Origin: Candidatus Micrarchaeaceae archaeon
Lineage (GTDB): Archaea; Micrarchaeota; Micrarchaeia; Micrarchaeales; CABMGC01
Direction: 5' to 3'
DNA: 22,160 nt
Assembly: GCA_038877255.1 (NCBI GenBank)
Contig: JAVYWZ010000012.1
Coordinates: 1 to 22,160, forward strand
Shown: piece after piece, positions 15,714 through 22,160 of the stretch
Numbering within the stretch: position 1 is the stretch's first letter
Layout of the letters: each line of letters starts with the position of its first letter
The notes under the pieces: generated by a model
Database searches by the model: none
The model's input: only the letters and a program-made list of their open reading frames with translations
What the model was told of the DNA's origin: nothing
Made by a program: the position numbers and the translations under genes

Positions 15714-16997
15714 TTATACGCCTTTAGACTTGTTTATTTTATTTATGGCTTCGTCTACGCCGAGCAGCTCTTCTGCACCGGTAGACATGTCACGCAGTTT
15801 AAGCTTGCCTTGCTTCCTCTCCACTGCTCCTATTATGATAGCATAAGGAATGCCAAGCGAAGATGCGTAGGCAAGCTGCTTTGAAAGAGACCTTTGCGAA
15901 AGATCAAGATCAGTGTTTAGTCCGCTTGACCTGAGCCTGTTTGCTATTGCAAGCGCATAATCAAAATCGTCATTGCTAACATGGGCTACAAAAACAGTGG
16001 CGTATGTCTTTACGTTTGTCTTTTCATAGCGCAGATCAAAAATTCGGGTAATGCCAATAGAAGAACCTGTTGCTGGCAAGGGTGAGCCTCCGCGCAGTGT
16101 TCCTATAAGCTTGTCATATCTCCCTCCTCCTGCTACTGCTGGAAGGCGCTTGCCTTCTTTCTCAACGACAAACTCCCAGATTAATCCAGTATAATAATCA
16201 AAACCTCTTATTAGAGAAAAATCAATCTCTATGCTGCCTTTTATGTTGTAGCTCTTTACAAGGCTCACGAATTTGTAAAGCTTGTCAAGTTCTTGTTTTG
16301 CATTTGCCGAAAAAGCCGAAAGCGATTCTGCCTTGCTTTCGAAGTTGCCCGTGCTTACAAAGTCTATTATGCTGTCTGCTGAGTTTTTGTCTAAGCCAAG
16401 CCCTACGAGCTGCGAAGAAACTTCCTCTGAGCCAAGCTTGTACAGTTTGTCTAGAGCTCGCATTGCATCTGTTCTTTTGCCAGAAGGCACATTGAACATC
16501 TCAAGAATGCTCTCTACAAGAATCCTGCTGTTCACATGCAATACATAGCCTTCAACGCCCATTTCGTCAAGCGCTATCGCGCATGCGGCAACAACCTCTG
16601 CGTCGCTAGAAACTTCAGAAGAACCTACAATATCTATATCTGCTTGAATAAACTCCCTGCTTCTCATGAACTGGGGCTCGTCTTTGCGCCATATAGAGCC
16701 TATTTGATAGCGTTTGAACGGCATTACCGTGTCTTTGTTAAACGCAACATAACGCGACATAGGAACTGTGAAATCGTATCTGAGCCCAGCTTCTTCTCCT
16801 TCTATTCTAAAGATTTCCTTGCCACTCTCACTGCCATAGTTCTTCGCGTTAAGAACATCGTTATTTTCAATAGCCGCAGTTATTATAGGATAGAAACCGA
16901 AGCGCCTGAAAACCATCTCTGCTTTTGCAATTATATCATTGAGCAGCATTGCTTCATCAGGCGAATAGTCGCGCATTCCCCTAGGTAGTGAAACCAT
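15714..16997 (-). CDS. hisS: Histidine--tRNA ligase
   Basis: LPRGMRDY, LRYDFTVP, REFIQADIDIVG, RGFDYYTG, GGGRYDKL and a C-terminal anticodon-binding domain. Start is ATG16997. Confidence 0.97.
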   Translation of the reverse strand: MVSLPRGMRDYSPDEAMLLNDIIAKAEMVFRRFGFYPIITAAIENNDVLNAKNYGSESGKEIFRIEGEEAGLRYDFTVPMSRYVAFNKDTVMPFKRYQIGSIWRKDEPQFMRSREFIQADIDIVGSSEVSSDAEVVAACAIALDEMGVEGYVLHVNSRILVESILEMFNVPSGKRTDAMRALDKLYKLGSEEVSSQLVGLGLDKNSADSIIDFVSTGNFESKAESLSAFSANAKQELDKLYKFVSLVKSYNIKGSIEIDFSLIRGFDYYTGLIWEFVVEKEGKRLPAVAGGGRYDKLIGTLRGGSPLPATGSSIGITRIFDLRYEKTNVKTYATVFVAHVSNDDFDYALAIANRLRSSGLNTDLDLSQRSLSKQLAYASSLGIPYAIIIGAVERKQGKLKLRDMSTGAEELLGVDEAINKINKSKGV

Positions 16998-17086
16998 AAA
17001 ATGCACAGAATAGATTAGCAAAGTAAGTTTATTAGTTATTGCGCATAACTGTCGCGTTTTAAGTTTTGAATTTTGAATTTTAAATG

Positions 17087-18280
17087 TCAGCTTTTGCCAA
17101 GAAGTTTTTCAATTGCCGCTTTCACTGCCTTTTCTTTGCTATCACCGCTCAGAAGGTCGAAAAGCAGCGTAGGAGGAATTTCCAAAGAGTAGCCTGCCTG
17201 ATTGAGCTTCTCCACGAAAATGCTTGTGCCTAGGTCTTTAACACTAGCGCCGTCAAGCATGCCATGCTGAAACTCGCCTGCAATCGAGCTTACCTCCTCG
17301 ACTCCTGAACCTGCTATTTCGACAATTGCCTTGCCTTCAAATTCCCTTGGCAGTCTAGCAAGGTTAATGTCGCCAAGCTTAAGGCCAGATTTCAAAGAGC
17401 CATAAAGCTGAATAAGCACTATTGGCATATCGCCACGGCTGCTCTCGTTGGCAATCTTCTCCTCTGCTTCTTTCTCTATTTCGTCTGGCTCTTTGTCGCT
17501 AACGCTTACCTTCACTTCAACAAAACGCCGAGAGTTTATTCTGTTGAACTGAAATGTTTCTGTTTTAGTGTCAAATAAGTAGAAGCCTTTGCTTTCCTGC
17601 TCTGATTCTTTAAGTTGAGTGAGCACAGTACTGCCAGGTATTATAAATGGCTTCCCATGAGCTTTGCTTTCTACATGGTTGTGTATATGGCCATCTATAT
17701 ACAAATCAAAGCCATCAGGCAGTTCATCAAAACTAATAAAATCTTTGCTGAACGGCATTAGTTCATAAATCGACTGATGGAACATGAGCACGTTGAACAT
17801 GCCGGGCAAAGGCTTTATGCTTGTTGAGTGCAGATACTCCCTAAGCCTTTCTTCAGAAACGCCGCCTATGCCTCTAACTGCCACCTTTTCGCCGCCAAGC
17901 TCAAGCACAACTGTTGTGTCGCTTGCGTCTATCGCAAAGCCTGCAAGGTTTATCAGGCTTACTGGATTTTCCTCCCCTACTGCGCGCCTTTCATGTGTGC
18001 CTGGTATTATTATTATAGGCGCAGAAGTATACGCCTTGCCCATGCCAATTACTTCTACTACTTTAGCGCGCCAATGCATGCTTGCAAGTTCTCTGAAAAG
18101 CCCCAGTCCCTCAGCAATAACATCGGGCTTTGGAGCACGGCTATCAAAGATATCCCCTGGCACAAGAATTGCATCAGCAACTCCTGCAACGGCGTTAAGC
18201 GCTTCGCGTGCTTGCATATAAGCGTCTCTACGAAAGCGCTCATACCCCAAATGAAAATCAGAAACTATGCCAAGCTTCAT
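17087..18280 (-). CDS. mre11: Mre11/SbcD-family DNA repair nuclease
   Basis: SDFHLG, GDIFD, PGTHE, FHQ, GHIH and PGS metallophosphoesterase motifs plus a capping domain. Start is ATG18280. Confidence 0.88.
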   Translation of the reverse strand: MKLGIVSDFHLGYERFRRDAYMQAREALNAVAGVADAILVPGDIFDSRAPKPDVIAEGLGLFRELASMHWRAKVVEVIGMGKAYTSAPIIIIPGTHERRAVGEENPVSLINLAGFAIDASDTTVVLELGGEKVAVRGIGGVSEERLREYLHSTSIKPLPGMFNVLMFHQSIYELMPFSKDFISFDELPDGFDLYIDGHIHNHVESKAHGKPFIIPGSTVLTQLKESEQESKGFYLFDTKTETFQFNRINSRRFVEVKVSVSDKEPDEIEKEAEEKIANESSRGDMPIVLIQLYGSLKSGLKLGDINLARLPREFEGKAIVEIAGSGVEEVSSIAGEFQHGMLDGASVKDLGTSIFVEKLNQAGYSLEIPPTLLFDLLSGDSKEKAVKAAIEKLLGKS

Positions 18281-18342
18281 GATGTTATTTTTATACAAAC
18301 ATTAAAATTAGTTTCACATTATAAAAACAACAAAGCACTCTG

Positions 18343-18942
18343 CTACCGCTCAGCGTTTTTGATTGCGCTATTTATTTTGTTTTTAATAGATTCTAAGCTT
18401 TCATCTGCGCGTATTGTGTTCCTGCGAAAAAGAGAAAGAAGGAGGTTATGTTTGCCTTGAAAAGAAACCAAATTTTTGGAATAGGCAAAAATAGCCAGGA
18501 GCTTTATTTCGTATCCGTCGTCGACTATAACAGTGCCTTTTTCTTTAGCAAGCCTGAGCTTATCTAGAGGCTGTTTCACTTCAACATCTAAATAAAGCCC
18601 GTTTTTGGCAAGTTCTTGTTTTATAGCGCCGACGTTGTTGTTGCTCGTAAGCACAGCAACTTCATAGCCGTCTTGCTGAAGCTCTCTGATAAGCTCTATA
18701 ATCTTTTGGTTTGTTTTATAACCACCTTTATAGAACTTTGGAGTATTTCTTGCAAATAAAGATGGGTTATGCTTGTATAAATGGTCTGCAATGCCGAAAA
18801 CAATGTTTGTCTTTATGATATCTACTCTGGAACTGCTGCTCGATAGGTCTCTTATTACTCCATCAAAATCGAAGAATACTTTCTCCTTTTGATATGCATT
18901 TTGATATGCATTTTGACCTGCAACTACAATACGTTCTGACAT
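18343..18942 (-). CDS. HAD-superfamily-like hypothetical protein
   Basis: FFDFDGVI (motif I), VLTSN (II), K (III) and IVDDG (IV). AT-rich sequence. Confidence 0.65.
   Translation of the reverse strand: MSERIVVAGQNAYQNAYQKEKVFFDFDGVIRDLSSSSSRVDIIKTNIVFGIADHLYKHNPSLFARNTPKFYKGGYKTNQKIIELIRELQQDGYEVAVLTSNNNVGAIKQELAKNGLYLDVEVKQPLDKLRLAKEKGTVIVDDGYEIKLLAIFAYSKNLVSFQGKHNLLLSLFRRNTIRADESLESIKNKINSAIKNAER
18887..18916. repeat. 12-bp tandem repeat TTTTGATATGCA x2.5
   Basis: Seen directly in the sequence. It encodes QNAYQNAYQ in frame in the HAD-like ORF. Confidence 0.85.
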
Positions 18943-18984
18943 ACTTGTCAAAAATTCATTTAGAGCACGTATTTAAAACTATTG

Positions 18985-20001
18985 CTATTTTAGTGCTTCT
19001 CTTAGCTTATTTACTATGTGCATTGCCGCTTCCTCAACCCTGCCTTTTTCAGGACCGTATGCACCAGCAGCGCATGCGTGGCCTCCGCCAGTGCCATTCA
19101 ACAAAGAAGCTATCTCATGCATGTATACGCCAAGATGTACATTAAGCTTTTTATTCAGAGGAGACCTTAGCCTTCCTGATATTGAAGCCTCGTAAGGCGT
19201 TACTGACCAGAATACTGCAGCATCAGCGCCCATGTTCATTGCCGTATCAGCTGCAACATTGGCATGCTCAGTTGCTTTGCCAAACACCAATAAGTATTTG
19301 CCTGTGCTTTCGAGATTTGCATTTTTAACATCTTGCATAGTCATTAACCTGTTAGTGAGCGGTATGTTTTCATGGTACATTTCCTGCAGGGTTGCATACG
19401 TGGTGCCAGATATGCTGAAGAGCTCGGAAAGCTGCATGAATGTCAGTGCATCTGCGTTCTGCAAATCAGCAGAATCGGCAGTTATGCCGTTTGCCAGCAG
19501 CAGCGCGACTTCCTTGCCTATTTTAGCTCCGAGACGCTTGAGCAATGCATAGATTATACTTGATGTGGAATTGAATTTCTCATCAGTAAACAAGTACACC
19601 GCCGATGCCTTTGGTAGCTCTGAAACTACATCGTTAGATTTTAGGTGGTGGTCTATGAAAAGAACTTCGCCAGAATAGTTTAGAAGTTCTTTTGAGAATG
19701 GGCCTAACACGCTGGTATTATCAGCGTCGGTAATTATTACTGCACTGGTATTGACAAATTTTGCACTGATCTTGCGTTCATAGTCAACTGATGCGAGCAT
19801 GTGCTTTGCGTTGTTTGTTAGGAAGTCAGGCATTGCAACTATGGAATTTTGCATGTACTCTGAGAGAGCGACAGCGGAGCCCACGGCATCGCGGTCTCCT
19901 ATCGAATGAAAGGTTATGAGCACATCGGTTTGTGCATACTTGGAAACTAGGCCCAGCAGTTCGTCGAAAGAAATTGATTTTATCAAAAAATCACTGCGCA
20001 C
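18985..20001 (-). CDS. DHH/DHHA1-family phosphoesterase
   Basis: HSIGDRDAVGS, ITDAD, IDHH, GITADS and GGGHACAAG motifs. The GTG start overlaps the prefoldin stop. Confidence 0.92.
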   Translation of the reverse strand: MRSDFLIKSISFDELLGLVSKYAQTDVLITFHSIGDRDAVGSAVALSEYMQNSIVAMPDFLTNNAKHMLASVDYERKISAKFVNTSAVIITDADNTSVLGPFSKELLNYSGEVLFIDHHLKSNDVVSELPKASAVYLFTDEKFNSTSSIIYALLKRLGAKIGKEVALLLANGITADSADLQNADALTFMQLSELFSISGTTYATLQEMYHENIPLTNRLMTMQDVKNANLESTGKYLLVFGKATEHANVAADTAMNMGADAAVFWSVTPYEASISGRLRSPLNKKLNVHLGVYMHEIASLLNGTGGGHACAAGAYGPEKGRVEEAAMHIVNKLREALK

Positions 20002-20335
20002 CCTGTGCTTTGTAAAGTTGAATTATTTTGTCACTTATCTGCTTCTCTTTCGCTTTGAGCTCGTTGTATTGCTTCGTGGTGGTGCTTATTCTAAGTTCGG
20101 TCATCTCGGCCCTGCTATTTAGATCAGACGTTGCTTTGTCTTTTGTAGTCTCGACCATTATGCCGCCTACGCTGAGGTATATTTTACCTGTAGAGCTGTT
20201 CACCTCTTCCTTTGCTCTCGCAATATCGTCTTTCTGACTTTGAAGTTGATCGAGCAAAGCAGCATATGACCTTAGCTGTTCCTGTAGCGTTTGGTAATCG
20301 CTTAGCAGCTTTTCTACATCTTCTTCGCTAGCCAT
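19991..20335 (-). CDS. pfdB: Prefoldin subunit beta
   Basis: Coiled coil - IYLSVGGIMVET beta-hairpin - coiled coil, 114 aa from ATG20335. The pfdB-DHH adjacency is common in archaea. Confidence 0.88.
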   Translation of the reverse strand: MASEEDVEKLLSDYQTLQEQLRSYAALLDQLQSQKDDIARAKEEVNSSTGKIYLSVGGIMVETTKDKATSDLNSRAEMTELRISTTTKQYNELKAKEKQISDKIIQLYKAQGAQ

Positions 20336-20463
20336 AAAATAGCCTATATGTAGAATAAGAGCGAAAACTAAATAAAAACCTACTGCGCAGTGGATTGACA
20401 TTATATATCAGGTCTGGAGCAGACTTCAACATTGTCATTTTTCAATAATTTTGTAAATTTTTG

Positions 20464-20763
20464 TTAGCTCACGCAACCGTTAAGCGCTGCAAGCAACTGC
20501 TGTTCGCCAACATAAATGTGGTATATGACGTTGACTAGCCTTATTTCTACACAATCACAGCCTCCAGTAGACGTAGGCAAATACTTTTCCACTACGCTCA
20601 AAATCTCTTCAGCGTTATTTACATATATCGCGTTGTCTTTATTTTCTTCTTTACGTAACAATAGGGCAGGATCAGAGTAACAGTGTTGTTTTGCCCTATA
20701 CCTAAAAAGAAACTGGTACTGCTCAAAAATAGGCTTTGTTTTTAGATACTTATTGCTCTGCAT
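20464..20763 (-). CDS. Hypothetical protein (AT-rich orphan)
   Basis: 99-aa ORF with an ATATAA box ~25 nt upstream and no recognisable motif. Confidence 0.5.
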   Translation of the reverse strand: MQSNKYLKTKPIFEQYQFLFRYRAKQHCYSDPALLLRKEENKDNAIYVNNAEEILSVVEKYLPTSTGGCDCVEIRLVNVIYHIYVGEQQLLAALNGCVS

Positions 20764-20812
20764 TTCGCTTTTTTATGCAAGTGCTTATATTTTTTGTTTA
20801 TGAAATAATAAT

Positions 20813-21292
20813 ATGCTTAACGAAGCAGAACTAATAGAAAAAGAGACAATCTATAGGCAACTAAGGATTGATGCTGAGGCGTTAGAAACCAGGCGCTCGA
20901 TGGCAAGATGGCTTGCTTTATCGCTTGGAATAATAAATCCAGGAGAAACGCGTCAGAGCGCTGTTGCTGTGCTTGACGCCCTAGTTAATTACCAATTTGT
21001 TAAGAAAGAAGACCCTGACGCAGAGAGCCTAAAGTCATATATAAATGCCAATTGGGACAATATAAACGAAAAAACACTTAGGTACCATTTGCTTAGATTC
21101 AAGAAAATGGGCATTATAGAGAACGCGCACGGCAAGTTTTACTTCAGGTTGCCGGCAAGCGGAGACCGGTTTAACCCGGATGACGTTTTCAGCAACATGT
21201 TTGAGCAAAGCAGCAAAGAAGTGGTTTCCAGAGTGAGCAAGGTCATAAATGAGCTCAAAGACAGAAGTAAGCTAATTGGTGGCCAATCATGA
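20813..21292 (+). CDS. Winged-helix DNA-binding hypothetical protein
   Basis: INEKTLRYHLLRFKKMGIIE..HGKFYF wHTH pattern and WLALSLG..PGETR N-terminal motif. Confidence 0.75.
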   Translation: MLNEAELIEKETIYRQLRIDAEALETRRSMARWLALSLGIINPGETRQSAVAVLDALVNYQFVKKEDPDAESLKSYINANWDNINEKTLRYHLLRFKKMGIIENAHGKFYFRLPASGDRFNPDDVFSNMFEQSSKEVVSRVSKVINELKDRSKLIGGQS

Positions 21293-22160
21293 AAAAAGAA
21301 ATTTATTTTTGGATATTGCTTTTCATAGCGGTAATTGGCATTGCGCTTTACATACGGTTATTATACCAGCCAACGCTAAGCATAGTGCTAAGCTCGGATG
21401 TAACGCTACCAAGCCACACTTACCCATATCAAACGCTCTACATACCAATAACTGTGCTTAACAATGGGCATTCTCCAATAAAGAATATGACAATCGGAGT
21501 TTATGTAAACGGCAACATAACTACCTATTATCACGTTACTATTCCTCAAGGCAAAGAAGTGCTATTGAATTTTACATATGCGCCAAGCAATGCTGGAAAT
21601 TACACTATTGAAGCAATTGCTGATCCTGGAAGGCTTTATGACATAATAGACAGGGCAGAAGCACAAACCAGCATAAACTTCACAGTGCTTCCTGCTGAAA
21701 ATACAACACCATACCTGATGCTGCCAAAAGGCAACATAACAGAAGAAGGCTTTGCAAAAATAAACTCAGCAGGCTATGCTTTAGCCAGCGACCTCAACGC
21801 AACATATGGAATAACAGACTTAAAGCTGACAAGCAATTACACGGTAAATAAATTTTTGGACTCTGTGCTAAAATACGTGCTTAATTACATAAGCTCACTT
21901 ACGTTTGCTTCTGCGAAATATGCAAATGGAAGTTCTGCATATGCAATATGGCTTCGGGGCGACATTTCGCCAAACATAACAAATACTGCTGCATTGATAA
22001 ACAGCATAAAATCCACGAATAAAAGCATAGATAACAAAACAGTGACTTTTATCAGATTTTCAAACAGCACAAGCCTCTGCAGCTACTATTCCCAAGGCTG
22101 GATAAAGATGCTCGTTGTTAATGGCAAAGGTACATGCGCAAATGTGATACAGGCCAATAA
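21289..22160 (+). CDS. Membrane-anchored surface glycoprotein with a CARDB/Ig-like domain (3' truncated by the window)
   Basis: Missing from the ORF track. ATGA overlap at 21289 and frame open to 22160. N-terminal TM, then ITVLNNG...GVYVNG...GNYTIEAIADP CARDB-like pattern, with 14 N-x-S/T sequons in ~290 aa. Confidence 0.85.
   Translation, partial: MKKEIYFWILLFIAVIGIALYIRLLYQPTLSIVLSSDVTLPSHTYPYQTLYIPITVLNNGHSPIKNMTIGVYVNGNITTYYHVTIPQGKEVLLNFTYAPSNAGNYTIEAIADPGRLYDIIDRAEAQTSINFTVLPAENTTPYLMLPKGNITEEGFAKINSAGYALASDLNATYGITDLKLTSNYTVNKFLDSVLKYVLNYISSLTFASAKYANGSSAYAIWLRGDISPNITNTAALINSIKSTNKSIDNKTVTFIRFSNSTSLCSYYSQGWIKMLVVNGKGTCANVIQAN

Noticed and set aside
17063..17081. TTTTGAA x2.5 short repeat
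   Set aside because: Too short for a CRISPR or iteron. It is likely part of an AT-rich terminator/promoter spacer.
17784..18460. Long plus-strand ORFs (145 and 210 aa) opposite mre11, and similar antisense ORFs over radA, hisS, endA and the MFS gene
   Set aside because: They are shadow ORFs on the antisense strand of well-supported genes and have no motifs.
20336..20401. Hydrophobic N-terminal extension on prefoldin beta
   Set aside because: Prefoldin is cytosolic. ATG20335 gives the normal length, and the extension spans the AT-rich promoter.
1..22160. CRISPR array, transposase, integrase or rRNA
   Set aside because: No regularly spaced repeats or recognisable motifs were found by eye.

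Overview
Archaeal chromosome segment, most likely from a DPANN Micrarchaeota (ARMAN-like) organism. The main evidence is a ~384-aa three-unit (epsilon2-type) tRNA splicing endonuclease carrying the ARMAN-specific loop, plus archaeal TATA-box/leaderless gene starts. The left half (about 1-10.9 kb) is an accessory stress/redox region. It contains a DUF1059 protein, a prepilin peptidase, a metal-responsive MerT-like/thioredoxin/CmtR-type ArsR operon with its operator, a Sulfolobales-like Fe-SOD, a 7TM protein plus cydAB, a dead msrB remnant, and a TetR/MFS/hypothetical/DsrE cassette with three operator sites. A frameshifted gene remnant then abuts a tRNA-Glu(UUC) that has C instead of the near-invariant U33. 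The right half is mostly core: an Nmad1/DUF1599 protein, a PRC-barrel protein, endA, a flippase-like protein, radA, hisS, mre11, a HAD-like ORF, a DHH phosphoesterase, prefoldin beta, a wHTH protein and a truncated sequon-rich CARDB-like surface protein. No CRISPR array, integrase or transposase was seen. All family calls come from motif recognition, not database searches.
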